In this document: positions 1 to 13,059 of the stretch, one piece after another
Layout: every line of letters begins with the position of its first letter
Position numbering within the stretch: position 1 is the first letter of the stretch
NCBI RefSeq assembly: GCF_006345805.1
Contig: NC_043013.1
Span: 2,852,001-2,916,000 of the forward strand
Length of the DNA: 64,000 nt
Direction: 5' to 3'
DNA from: Octopus sinensis
Taxonomy: Eukaryota
Made by a program: the position numbers and the translations under genes
The notes under the pieces: model-generated
The model's database searches: none
What the model was told of the DNA's origin: nothing
What the model saw: only the letters and a program-made list of their open reading frames with translations

Positions 1-129
1 GTGGTGTGTTGTTGTGGTGGGGTAGTTAAACCTGTTGATAGTCCTCGGGTGGATGCAGCCATCATTTGCTGAAGGAGTGGATATATGTGTGTGTATGCGT
101 GTGTGTAGTAGCAGTAGTAACAGCAGCAG

Positions 130-132
130 CAA

Positions 133-180
<48 letters not shown>

Positions 181-200
181 GTGGTGGTGGTGGTGGTGGT
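130..200. repeat. (AGT)n then (GGT)n microsatellite
   Basis: Directly visible tandem trinucleotides. Confidence 0.95.
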
Positions 201-290
201 TGCGGTGGCAGTGGTTGTAGTAGTGGAGGTCATGTTGGTAGTCGTAACAGTATGAAGAAGAACGTGAACACTGAAAGCGACTACAAAATT

Positions 291-354
<64 letters not shown>

Positions 355-384
355 GACTGGTAGAGTGATAGATATTATATATAT

Positions 385-418
<34 letters not shown>

Positions 419-600
419 TGAGACAGATTGATAGATAGTAGTAGAGATAGATAGATAGATATAGATAGATAGATAGATTGATAGATAGATAGATAGATGG
501 ATAGATAGATAGATATGGATAGATAGATAGATAGATGATAGATAGATAGATAGATATGGATAGATAGACATAGATGGAAGATAGAGAGATAGAGAGATAG
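291..600. repeat. (AG)n / (AGAT)n compound microsatellite
   Basis: Directly visible. Confidence 0.95.
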
Positions 601-854
601 ACATAGACAGTCAGAAGACAGACAGACAGACAGATACATACATACATAGAACGGTGGACAAGCAGGTAAATACAGAAATAATACTGATAAATAAGGAGAC
701 AGGAAGATAGCAAAAATATATGGAGTGCTTCCATGTACAGATACGGAGAAAAAAGCACACACATACACACACTCGGAGAGAGAGAGAGAGAGAGAGAGGC
801 ATACATATATAGACGCTCAAAGTACATACGTATGCATACACACACATACTTTGT

Positions 855-889
855 GTGATATTTGTGTGTGTGTGTGTGTGTGTGTGTGT

Positions 890-920
<31 letters not shown>

Positions 921-1041
921 GTGTGTGTGTTTGTGGTGTGTGTGTGTTTGTGTGTGTGTGTGTGTTTGTGTGTGTGTTTGTGTGTGTGTGTGTGTTTGTG
1001 GTGTGTGTGTGTGTGGTGTGGTGGTGTTGTGTGTGTTTGTG

Positions 1042-1073
<32 letters not shown>

Positions 1074-1175
1074 GTGGGTGTGTGGTTTGTGTGTATGTGG
1101 TGTGTGGTGTTTTGTGTGTGTTTGTGTGTGTGTGTGTGTGTTGGTTTGTGTGTTTGTTGGTGTGTTGTGTGTTTG

Positions 1176-1215
<40 letters not shown>

Positions 1216-1287
1216 CGTGTGTGTGTGGTGTGTATGGTGTGTGTTGTGTGTTTGTGGTGTTGGTGTATGTGTGTGTGTGGTGTTTGT

Positions 1288-1334
<47 letters not shown>
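855..1334. repeat. Degenerate (GT)n array, ~480 bp
   Basis: Directly visible; source of the CV/TH-repeat ORFs. Confidence 0.95.
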
Positions 1335-1337
<3 letters not shown>

Positions 1338-1854
1338 AGGCATACACGCTATAAAGAGATAGAGCTAACGGAACGACCAGCCATATACAGACAGACAGTG
1401 AGACAGGCAGACAGAGGTGTTGGGTGGAGCGGTGATGCGTGATTATACAAGTTAAGTATAGAAAATCTGGCAACTGTTGACAAGACATGCAGTAAAAGTA
1501 CACCTAGCATATTAACGTCGGAAGTGAAGTATACATGTGAAGTGTACAATGTACAATGGCGTTGGTGTCGACGGCGGCAGCGTCGGCGGCGGCGGGTTGT
1601 AGCGGCGGTTTGACGTGTATCTGGGTTGTGGGACGACTCTCTATTGCTAAAACAATAAACATCGACTGACATTAGTGGTCCTGGGAGATATTATGTATAA
1701 GAAAAACAAGCGAACGGGTGGCAGGGTGGCAGTGTGGGAAAGAAGACCAAATAACAAAGAAACAAAAGAAAAAATAAGAAAAGAAAAAGAAAACGAATTG
1801 AGGAAAAGAAACAAAAAAATATACCTTTTTGGGTGGAAGTTATATCGATGGTGA

Positions 1855-1888
<34 letters not shown>

Positions 1889-2869
1889 TGGTAATGGTGG
1901 AGAGGTGTAGGATCGGGTGGTGGCTTGTTGTATTGACATGTACATATCGGAGCTCGGTTTCTCGTGAGTTAGAAACGATAGAATAAGGGGCGTGTAACAC
2001 CACTGCCTGCCAAGGATGTCTAAAGTACAAAGGTGCACAAGTAGGGAGAAAGTAGGGTTCACCTGTTTCTAGTGGAAGCCATAATCGTTGAATAAGACGT
2101 CAATCGATTTACCCGTGTGGCAGTGGTATTAGGGAATACTTACTGGTCGGGGGTCAACATTTGAAGGAAGGGTAAGAATTTGTAAAAGGTACGATGGGCT
2201 TTTTGATGAATTGAAGCTAAAAGAGGGAGGTCAACGAGCACATCTGCCTGGAATCCCAGAGACGGAAAAGGGACCCATTGCTGTTTGTTGTGTCCCTCTC
2301 TTTAGAAATAGACGAATAAAATTATCACAGGTTCCCTTGAATTCTAAGAGCGTACTTTCCTTTCTTTGGATTAAATGTTCTCTTCTTTTGCCAGGCCAAA
2401 TTTCTCTCGCTCCCCACCCTGATTACAGGATACCTTAGGGTCACATGTTTTCTTTAGCAACAGATCAACTCCCATACCACAGTCCATGATCAGTCATTCC
2501 TACCATGCCTATCTCGACTTTTGATACATCAATGACTAACCGGTCATTTGTTTTCCTTTTTTTTTTTCGTGATCGTCGAGAGAGAGAGAGTTGGTCGCCA
2601 ACCAACGGCTTGGAGGTTCTCTAGTTGGCTTTAAGTGCAATAGTTCTGACGGGATCAAGACGAAGGTGGGTGTAGTTATAACAACAAACAAAGCCAGACT
2701 TCGGCTTAAGATAATCCATATCGCAAATAAATAAATTTATGATGAATGACAGTAGTAATTGATCTCGTTAGTGATTAAGAGGCCATTTCATTACCGTAAA
2801 AAGCAACAGCTCCAACGCAACCTCTCCCACCTTCTTAATGTTTGTGTATTTGCGAGAGAGCGAGTGTGA

Positions 2870-3215
2870 GTGTATATGTGTACGTGTGTGTGCGCGCACG
2901 CATGTATGCATGTACAAGCATGTATATATAGATATATACATGTCTGAATGTAAGCATACATACTTGCATTCATACGTGCATATAGTACATTCATACATAC
3001 ATACGTACTTAATACATGCATACATACATACATATACAACATACATTACATATCATACTACATACAGACATACATGCATAACATACATGCATACATACAT
3101 GCATTACATACATACATACATACATACCTACATACATACATACATACATATAATTACATACATATACATTACATACCATAATGTACGTACGTACATGCAT
3201 ACATACAATGCATAC
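2870..3215. repeat. Degenerate (TACA)n / (TA)n array
   Basis: Directly visible. Confidence 0.9.
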
Positions 3216-3217
3216 AT

Positions 3218-3360
3218 CAGAAATCAACCCCAGTACTTATTTTTTTTAAAGCCTGGTACTTATTCAATCAATCTCTTTTTGCTGAAGCACTAAGTTACGG
3301 GGACGTAACAAAGCAATACTGGTTAAGCGGTGGTGAAGGACAGACACACACACACGCACA
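3218..3360 (-). mobile_element. 3' fragment of CORE-like tRNA-derived SINE family
   Basis: Matches the 3' half of the full copy at 63486-63897 (taagttacggggacgtaa motif). Confidence 0.7.
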
Positions 3361-3366
3361 CATACA

Positions 3367-3902
3367 TAGAGTGCGATGGGTAAATTGTCATCGTTTTATA
3401 TTTTTTTATTTTGCACGTGCGAAAGGTAGTGGTGCCTTAGGTCAATAGAGTGGCTGCTGAAAGACTTTATGTCTGGGAAGGGGACTCTGCAACATGCAAC
3501 ACAAGCAGGGGAACCCAGTCATGGCTGTCAATCAATTTCTGCGACCACGCCACCTCTAACATCTGGCTACCAAACTCCCCAGACTGCAACCCCCTGATTA
3601 TTATGTGTAGGGCGCAGTTGAGTGACGAGACCAACAAAACTCCTTGTAACACCAAAGATGAACTGAAGAAAGGGTTATGGCAGCATTCACCAACTTAAAC
3701 AAGGAGACTGTCCAGAAGAGTTACAGGAGGTTCCGAAGTGGTCTGGAGGCCATGGTGGTTGAAGCCAATGGCGGTTTCATTGAATTAATTACTCTTTAGT
3801 ATTTCAAGATGTTTTAATGTAATTTTGGTAAATATCAGTTAAAATGAGACATCAGTATTATTTCATTTTGCGTAATTTAGACGACAGTTTATTCACCACA
3901 CC

Positions 3903-3905
<3 letters not shown>
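3367..3905 (+). mobile_element. Internally deleted Tc1/mariner-superfamily (maT/DD37D-like) transposon
   Basis: Translates to C-terminal transposase: YVWEGDSATCNTSRGTQSWLSINFCDHATSNIWLPNSPDCNPL...TNKTPCNTKDELK; right end accacaccctg|TA; left end is a degenerate inverted copy. Confidence 0.8.
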
Positions 3906-3951
<46 letters not shown>

Positions 3952-4112
3952 TATTATATATATATATATATTATATTATTGGCATGGCCACAGCTCGTGA
4001 GCTGAAACTAGATGAAATAAAAAAAAATAAAATTAAATATATATATATATATAGGTATGTATGTATATATGTATATAATATATATATGTATATATATATA
4101 TATATATATATA
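3906..4112. repeat. (TA)n-rich array
   Basis: Directly visible. Confidence 0.9.
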
Positions 4113-4235
4113 ATGTGAAATAGAAAGATGAATAATCTTGTAGAGATTAATCAAAAGTTTAACCGAATACCTTAGTAGCAAAAATCACAGCAGTAAACAG
4201 CACGGTTAGAGGTACAACCATATGGTGTTGCCAAC

Positions 4236-4560
4236 CGTTAAATCCTCCTTCTTTCCTTCCTTCATGAGCGTGCAATAACACTATACTTGTCCCACGTTCT
4301 CACGTTGTTGTGTTTTCTCTTTGTATTTTTGTTTTTGATTAACTATATATATATATATATATATATAGAGTTAATCAAAAACATAAAAATACAAAGAGAA
4401 AACACAACAACGTGAGAACGTGGGACAAGTATAGTGTTATTGCACGCTCATGAAAGGAAGGAAAGAAGGAGGATTTAACGTTTCGAGCGGAGCTCTTCGT
4501 CAGAAACACAGGAAAAGGAAAAATCCAAGGAAGGGAAGACGGAGGAACAAAAATCGCCAA
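4236..4560. mobile_element. Inverted pair of Penelope-like terminal repeats around (TA)n
   Basis: 4236-4344 is the near-perfect reverse complement of 4369-4480; the right arm continues into an HHR motif on the minus strand. Confidence 0.75.
4474..4506 (-). ncRNA. Minimal type I hammerhead ribozyme motif
   Basis: Minus strand reads ttt CTGACGA A GAGC tcc GCTC GAAAC GT T aaa: canonical core, 4-bp helix II, palindromic ACGT helix III, 3-bp helix I. Confidence 0.65.
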
Positions 4561-4653
4561 TGATATACATGCCCAACGTGCCATGCGGTGGGACTGAACC
4601 CGAAACCAAACTTCTTACCACACAGCCACACTTGCGCCAATATAGTTTATATT

Positions 4654-4881
4654 TATTTCTTTACTACCCACAAGGGGTTAAACACAGAGGGGACAAACAA
4701 AGAGAGACAAACGGATTAAGTCAATTACAACGACCCCAGTGCGTAACTGGTACTTAATTTATCGACCCCGAAAGGATGAAAGGCAAAGTCGACCTCGGCG
4801 GAATTTGAACTCAGAACGTAACGGCAGACGAAATACGGCTACGCATTTTGCCCGGCGTGCTAACGTTTCTTCCAGCACGCC
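4654..4881 (-). mobile_element. Full-length tRNA-derived SINE with Deu/Nin-like domain
   Basis: A/B-box-like head (ctggaagaaacgttagc...gagttcaaattcc), core ttgcctttcatcctttcggggtcgataaattaagtaccag, tail tagtaaagaaata. Confidence 0.9.
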
Positions 4882-5101
4882 ACTTTTTGCGACAATATTG
4901 TTTATATTTCCTGCCGCTTATATTCATTAAAGTCTACAAGTACCACGTTGTGTATTTAGTGCAGTTTATTTTTACTATTCTCTAGGTTTACTACAATCTA
5001 TATCTGATTATAGTCGACATCTATTACAGTCTATATCTATCATACTCTATATTGACTACATTTGCTACCATCTTTATTTAATATGTTCTTTTTTTTTTTT
5101 T

Positions 5102-5517
5102 CTGCAGAAACGTTAGTACGCCAGATGACATACTTGGTGGTATTTCGTCTGCCGTTACGTTGTGAGTTCAAATTCCGCCGAGATCGGCTTTGCCTTTAGC
5201 CTTTTGGGGTCGATAAATTAAGTACCAGTTACGCACTGGGGTAAATGTAATCGACTTAATCCGTTTGTCTGTCCTTGTCTGTCTCCTCTGTGTTTAGCCC
5301 CTTATGGGTAGTAAAGAAATAGGTATTTCGTCCGTCTTTATGTTAGTTAGTTAATTCTTCGGCTCAAAAAGCAAAAAGCAAGGCCATGTAGGGGGACATG
5401 GAGTTATGTACAGGGTGGTGTTCAGGTAAAGAGTTCAGGCCACTTGTGGTCAAGGGGACTTTGAACCGAGCGGTTCTGAGTTCAAGTTCCGCCGAGGTCG
5501 ACTTTGCCTTTCATCCT
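5102..5517 (+). mobile_element. Deu/Nin-like SINE, one unit plus start of a second, interrupted by a 128-bp insert
   Basis: Junction aaagaaata|ggtatttcgtc at ~5321; insert ~5345-5472 ends on the minus strand in (TAAC)n, like a LINE 3' end. Confidence 0.8.
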
Positions 5518-7685
5518 TTATTTTCTACAGTTTCATTTATTACAATCCATATTTAATAAACTCAACATTTACTGAAATATGGACAATCTTTCTTTCTCTC
5601 CTTTCATTCATTTTCTTCTTCATTTATTTTCTTTTCTTCTTACCTTTCTTCTCTCATTATTTTTGTCTTTGTCTTCTTTGTCCGTTACTCTTATTCCTAT
5701 ATTCGACCCACTTCCGCCTGTCTTGTTTTTTCTTTGTTTGTTTCTTCATTTTCTCATTCTTCACAAACCATTTCTTTCTATTTATTTGAAGCCCTCTTAT
5801 CAATTTGTACTTTATTTATTTATTTATTTATTTTCATCTTTGACAAAATTCCTTTCCAATTCTGCAACATTTAATTGTTTATAATAAACAGTAATAAAAA
5901 AAAACACATTGTCATAAAAACCCCAATTAGTGCAGACTAATTAAGAAAGTAAATTGGAGACGTGTGACAGGTACAATGAATATATTATGAAATAAATTAC
6001 AAGAACTTAAGAATGGCAAGATTTGAACACAATCCATATAAACGCGAATAAAATTATTTTGGTCGCCGTTTTCGGAAGTTCTCTCAACGGACTTCTGTTT
6101 CCACTTCTGTCTTCAGAACTAATCATAAGCTGTATTTATTCAAGGTGACAGAGTACATGAAACATGTGATCCAAATGTTTCGCTTCTAAAATTACTCGCT
6201 ACAATTGTACAGTGCTGCAAAATACATAAACCTTGTGTAAAGGATGCTGTTGTTGTTTTTTTTTGATAACGCACTTGTTGACAACCAAGGCATAGACATA
6301 ACTCCTACTCTAATATCAATGTTGTTTAAATTCATCACCAACACAACCACTCCCTGGTACAGTCATATACTATGTTATACGAGCACCCCCGGTCTTACAG
6401 TACCCGGAAGTGGGATCTATTTCATTTGTCAGGCATTAGCTATTGAAAGCTGTTCACTCCTTTATCTTCTTTCGTAAAGAGAGGAGGCTGCATGTCACAA
6501 CGAATTATTAGCACATATATATCACAATCAGCTTGGCATTTGACAGGGTTTTTGCTACCTTATTATACAGGAAAGAGATTGCAGTGCTTGAGACCCTAAC
6601 TAGACGTCAAAGAAAAGAAAGAAAAAAAATGATGATATTTTCAATGCTGTGAAAACTTAAAAACCATGCAGGTTGCACATAAACGGTCCTGACAAGTTCC
6701 ATGTGTGCTGCCTGCCGACCATCTGTGGTTTCTTATGGAAGAATGAAATTAAAAAATTAAAAAATAGCTACAAATTGCAATCCAACGAGGGAGCATGTAT
6801 ATGGTTAACCATCCAGGTGAAAAATGTCCTGAAATCTTCATCTTGTCACACTATATACTATCTAAAAAGGGAGGGCTTAGTGGTTAATGTAGTTCTAGAT
6901 ATAAGAAACCTGGTGGCACGACTGGAACACCTTTGTGTGTAGATCAGCCATGAGCAGGGTTAACCTCTAGGCTAAATAACAATAATCCCATGTCACATAT
7001 ATGTGTAGAGTTAACGAAATGGTCGATTGAATGAAATCTTAGTCCAGGGATATGATCCTAACTTTTTGTGAACAATTGTTTTTAGAGGAAAAGGTTACCC
7101 TCGTGGCCTTCGTGGCCTTTCCGGGGCTCTGCAACATTGATACCATTCACGTTTCACAAGAACTGTTGCCAGCTGGCAGATGCAACGAAGGAAGTCCAGA
7201 GTTTTGGGATAGAACTATGTGTAGTGAGTAGTGCGAGGGACGGAGGTAGGAGTTAATACAATATGAGTGGCGACAGACGACACTGGACAACTGGGAGGAG
7301 CATGAGCCATAAGATTAGTATGAGAATGGAGGGAGAAGGGGGAGAGAGAGAGAGAGACCCGGATGCATTTTATAAATGAACCCAAATACTCTTGAAATTA
7401 CAGGACGGTCACAGATGGAATGCATTTGATAATAGCAACAACAGAGTAAAGTTAACTATAGGTCTATGGAAAGCATAGCTACTCTGGTAATTCGAATCTA
7501 GGAAGATTTTTAGGAATAAGTCAAATGCAGCACCAAAATAGACGTGTAGTACCACATTGTCCTACCTTCTCGATGCTCACTGCTTCTCGTGAGGACTAAT
7601 ATACCGGAGTCAAATATTATCTGAAGATATGAAGAGGAATGATAACGATGCCATTTTATTTTAACATCAATCATATACACACACA

Positions 7686-7764
<79 letters not shown>

Positions 7765-8519
7765 ATAAATATTATCATATAATTCTAAACAGAAGAAACT
7801 ACACTTATCACAAGTTTGAAAAAGAATACAAATAGTCTACAGAGAAATAAATCCTTTTAGCACTGGATTTGAAAAAAATATTTGAAAAGAAATAAGAGAC
7901 TCAGATTAGCTTTAGATTATAATGCATAAAGCTCCGTTGAATACCTTTTCTTTTGCCCGTGCAAAACATGGATAACAGCGAAACACAACAGTTAATCATG
8001 TATATATTAAACATGTAGCCCGATTATTTTCCTTCCTTCCTCATTTAAAAAAAAAAAAAATTCTGCTCATACCGCTGATACCATCATGCTGTATACACAC
8101 AAATACAAAGCGGCAAATAAATCACACCACACGTATAGAAATCACTAAGCATGCGCAGAATGTATAATGCATATCAAATGCATACTGGCTGCAGTACAGA
8201 GGGAGACATTATTAAAATTTTCGTAAAACAGTACAGAAAATCAACACTGCGGAAAAGGCATTACGCTAATCAATAAATTATAACCTATAATACGCTGCAG
8301 AAACACTAAATTTGAAGCCCTTATCAGTAAAAAACATGTAAACTCACAAAGAAGCTACTAACGTCTGATGTGATCTATAAAATCGATAATAAAAGTGAAA
8401 ATTGTAAACTTCTGTGATATTGGTTATACAAGTGCAACACCTGCTGCTAGTTCACTTAGATCTGGGGAAAATCGCAATGAACTAAATGCCACACACAGAA
8501 CAAGGCTAAATAGGAAAGT

Positions 8520-8670
8520 GTTATATTTTATCTTTTACTTGTTCCATGACTGCGGCCATTCTGGGGCATCGCCTCGAGGAATTTTAGTCGAACTGCTCGA
8601 TCCCAGTTCTTGTTTCCTTTTTTAAGTCTGATACTTATTCTATCGGTGTCGCTTACCGAACCGCTAAGTT
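8520..8670 (-). mobile_element. 3' fragment of CORE-like SINE
   Basis: gactgcggccat...gatacttattctatcggt...ccgaaccgctaagtt matches family tail. Confidence 0.7.
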
Positions 8671-9039
8671 AAGGTCACCAGCATTATAGGCCCTCCCTTC
8701 CCCGGGCAAATCAGTGCACAGGACCCTATTGTATTTGCTTATTGACAGCCAGCTGCAACATTTATAGATCAGAATTAGCCCTCCAGATTCGTATGGACCC
8801 CTGGGTAACTGTCATTGTGCTTCTGCGGTAAGAGGGCGCTGAATTTTGGCCTTGCCCAATCATTAAGAAACGGTAACATATGCCAATATCGCTTCAATCT
8901 GTAGAGGAGAGAACGAGGTCTCAAAAGTTTGATATTGGAATTATGGACTTTGTAAATAATTTGCAAAGACTTCATACAAAACCTGAAATTAAAACTTCAT
9001 AAAAAAGATAAAACTGAAATACAATATACACACATACAT

Positions 9040-9059
9040 TTCTATCTATCTATATCTAA

Positions 9060-9147
<88 letters not shown>

Positions 9148-9188
9148 GTCTGTCTGTCTGTCTATCCGTCTCTCTATCTATCTATCTA

Positions 9189-9219
<31 letters not shown>

Positions 9220-9407
9220 GTCTATATATCTATCTATCTGTCTATCTGTCTGTCTGTCTGTCTATCAATCTATCTATCTACACATATATTATATATATAA
9301 ACATATATTCATTTATGTGTATATGTGTGTGTGTGTGTACGTATATATATATTTATATATATGTGTGTGTGTACATATATATATATATTTATTTATATAT
9401 ATGTGTG

Positions 9408-9451
<44 letters not shown>

Positions 9452-9969
9452 CACACACTCAGTACAAGTATACATAATATATATCAGTGTGCGTGTGTGC
9501 ATACGTGCGTGTGTGTGTGTGCGTGCGTGCGTGTGTGTGCGTGTGTGTGTGTGTGTGCATCAATTATGTTGAATGTTTGAGATTTGATAAGCATGACAGC
9601 CTAGACATTTTCCTAATACTGAGATGAGCGGCTTTTCTACAGTCAAAACAACTAAGAGGACTCATTACACCGATTAACATTTGTCAGGATTTGAGTGAGA
9701 GACAGTGTGTGTGTATATGCATGTATGTATGTATATATGCATGTATGTATGCATGTATATATGTATGTATGTGTGTGTGTATGTATGTATGTATGTATGT
9801 ATGTATGTATGTATGTATGTATGTATGTATGAATGTATGTATGTATGAATGTATGTATGTATGTATGTGAGTGTGTATTGATATATACATATATACATGC
9901 ATAAATATACATATCTACATATATATGTTTATATATATATATATATGTACGTGTGCTTATATATATATA

Positions 9970-10007
<38 letters not shown>

Positions 10008-10090
10008 ATAACAAAATAATAAATAAAACATATGCATATACACATACATATATGTACGTACCTACATCTACATGTATATATACATGCATA
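9040..10090. repeat. Compound microsatellite block (TCTA, TCTG, TA, GT, TATG)
   Basis: Directly visible. Confidence 0.9.
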
Positions 10091-10094
10091 TATG

Positions 10095-10440
10095 GGCACA
10101 GGACACCAAAAAAACGTCGAACACAATGAGAAACAAAAACATAAACACAAATCCAAGGAAATAGATATTTTTCTTAAACAACGAAAAAATAGAGTACAAG
10201 ACATACAACACAAGGAACATTCCCCTTTTTCAGCCACCTCTGTTTCATCTACTCCGCGTTTCGAAGGTAACGGCGAGACACGACTCCTTTGAAACAGTCC
10301 TTCCCGCAAAAGCAAATTAAATAAAATTTGAGATTTTTCGGCGGGGGTGGGGGTGGGGGTAAAAATGGTAATAAAAACAGGACAGTAATGTCAGTACAAA
10401 ACATAAACAGTAAAAGACAGGACAAGGAGAATAACAGTAA
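10095..10440 (-). mobile_element. Probable Penelope-like terminal repeat fragment
   Basis: Bounded by TA-rich arrays; minus strand has cgaaacgcggagtagat...ctgaaaaagggg, paralleling 33731-33777. Confidence 0.4.
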
Positions 10441-10576
10441 TACGAACATTGAGGGCTGTTAAGCCAGAACGAATGAAAAAATATTTTGAACGCTTTGAGG
10501 ACGGCGTATATATATACGCATATATATATTTATACGCATATATATATATATACGCATGTATATATATATATATATA

Positions 10577-10630
<54 letters not shown>

Positions 10631-10633
10631 ATA

Positions 10634-10676
<43 letters not shown>

Positions 10677-11204
10677 GCATGTCTCTTTTCATAGATAGTT
10701 ACTTATTATATCCAACTGACTACTCCTTAGGTCTTATGACCTCCCTGGGAAAAGGGATACATATGATAATACTTATGACCATACCTAGTCATGAGCTGTC
10801 AACTCACTCTTGTCTTTTATTTAAAATAAACAGTCTTCTACTCTCAGATTTAGTAGTTGATAAAGAGATAAATGAATTAGAAATGAATTACAACCCTTAC
10901 AACTTAGGAGCCAACTATGCTTCATGCGATTCTTAGAAGTTGTAGTCTGTTCTTATCTACAATACTGAAAGCATGAATTTCTTCCATCTTCTTACTCTGT
11001 TAAAATACTGAAGAAAAATTATATTAATGTGTCCTACTTGTTAAAATTCCATTTATTTATTTGTGGAGCTGAAGATAGCATTGCGCTTAAATTGATGTAA
11101 TGATTTCATTGTTCAAGTAAATGGAGCTGCTTGAGACGGCCATGCTGCATTACTACTTGATATTCTGTTGTGTGTGTGTGTATATATATAGATAGATATA
11201 TATA

Positions 11205-12428
11205 CAGTCATGCAGGAAGTAAATAGACACCTTTAATTTTCAAAACCTTTTATTTAATACGCAAAGCGAACAATTAAAATGCAATCGATAGGTAGGACTA
11301 CATACTTTAATATTTATTTGACATTCCCTTTGCAGTTTTTGATTCAGAAACTCTTTTTGGCATTGCACTGATGAGCTTTGTGATTGTCTTTTATGGAATT
11401 TCTGCCAACGTTTCACGCAACAATCGAAACAATTCATCTTTAGATTTAGGTTTCTGTCGAGTTTTTCGTATATCTCTAGCTGGTGTGCTCCAAAGATTTT
11501 CAATTGGGTTCCTGTCAGGAGATTGGCTCGGCCAAGGAAGCTTTTTGATCCCATTTTCAGTCAGTCATTGTTGATTCCTTTTCGCTGTGTCGCATGGAGC
11601 CCCATCTTATGTTGTGTGAATACATCGGAAGTAGTCCTTGCTTAAGTATTTCGATGTATTTTTCAGAGCTTATGGTTCCAACACATTCGATCAGCTCAGA
11701 ACGACTATTGCTGGTGACAGCTCCCCATACCATTACAGAGATACCACCATGTTTCTCAGTTGGTTGGAGTCGTTTCAAATTAAATTCATGATTGGGAAGC
11801 CTCCAGACCCAAACACGTCCACCGTCTAAAAATAATGCAAATCTTGATTCATCTGAGAAAATCACTCTATCCCAAAATGAACTGGATTTTTCTGACATCT
11901 CCTTAGCCCATTTTTTCTTTTCATGATATTAATTGGTTGAAGGAGAGGTTTTCTTCTAGCTGCTCGTCCATAATACCCAAGCTTATGCAGATATTTAACA
12001 CACGTTCTTGGACTAACTTCTAGCTGTTTTGGGGTTCGTTTTCTACAATTCTTTTCAAATAGCGAAGCTTCTTCCTTTCCGAGGGCCCAGGTAGACCGGG
12101 ACGAGAATCTGTTGATTCTTTTCCTTGACTTTTGAATTACACTATAATTCTATTAACAGTAGCAAGAGGAATTTGAAGATTTTTGGCAATTTTTCACTGG
12201 CTTAGACCAGCCTTAGGTTGCCCAACAATACAACTTCTTTGAAAATCTGACAGTTCTGCTGAATTTTTTGCGCGTGGCATGGTTACTCTTCGCAAATGTT
12301 TAATATAATGGCACTTGGAATGAAAAAGAATAATTACATTGTAAATTCTACATCGCTGAAAACATATAAAGACGCTTAGATCAGAAATTTTGAAAATTAA
12401 AGGTGTCTATTTATTTCCTGCATGTCTG
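11205..12428 (-). mobile_element. Tc1-family DNA transposon, both TIRs present, transposase pseudogenised (DD34E)
   Basis: 41-bp TIRs cagtcatgcaggaagtaaatagacacctttaattttcaaaa (11205-11245, 12388-12428, 2 mismatches); ATG at 12280 MPRAKNSAELSDFQRS; WDRVIFSDESRF; DGAPC...WPSQSPDRNPIENLW with 34 residues between D and E; stops and frameshifts. Confidence 0.95.
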
Positions 12429-12429
12429 T

Positions 12430-12625
12430 GTATATAGTGAGAATTTACAAAAGAAAATAAGACAAAAGACGAAGACGGGTGTGTAAACAACAAACAGATG
12501 TATTAGTTTAACGCTAGGGAAGTGAGGAAGTTTTTTACGTTTCGAGCCTAAGCTCTTCGACAGAAAGAAACACAGAAATAAACAGGGAGAGAAAATAGAA
12601 GTTTAGTGGTTAGTGATCTATCATG
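12430..12625 (-). mobile_element. Penelope-like terminal repeat with HHR-like motif (12533-12567)
   Basis: Minus strand ttt CTGTCGA A GAGC ttag GCTC GAAAC GTA aaa; same family as 45760-45952; ends at tatata. Confidence 0.7.
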
Positions 12626-13059
12626 GCGCAAGTGCGGATTGAGAAAAGCAATAGGAAAAAGCAGAAAGTACAAAAAAGTTTAGAAAAGTAACGAAGGCGG
12701 CTATGAACAATATATAAACCAAAGAGGAAGAATTCAATTATCACAAATTGTGTTTGACGCTGCAAGGTAGAACCTACATTGTTAGAAATAAGAAGTAAAA
12801 ACCCTCTTAGCCACAAAGAACAAGTCTGTGTACAGGCAAGGGAGAGAAGTGTATACCCCATGCAGGAAAACAGTACAGGAATTTGTTTGCGGTTTGAAGA
12901 TGCACCTGAATCTCAGAACGAGTAGTTATTTGAAAATTTTGTAATAGATTAATTCAAATACCAAACCGGCTTCGACAATATTTTGCTTGTCAATGGTAGA
13001 AATATATAATAATGGTTTAAAGGACTCCTTTCTGTAATATGGACAAAATTATCTGAGTT

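Noticed and set aside
1556-1669. GC-rich short ORF MALVSTAAASAAAGCSGG...
   Set aside because: 37 codons, driven by a (GGC)-type low-complexity run; no recognisable domain or splice donor.
8775-8987. Minus-strand ORF after a plausible splice acceptor
   Set aside because: Non-repetitive, but the translation matches nothing I recognise and no donor is evident; cannot support without RNA data.
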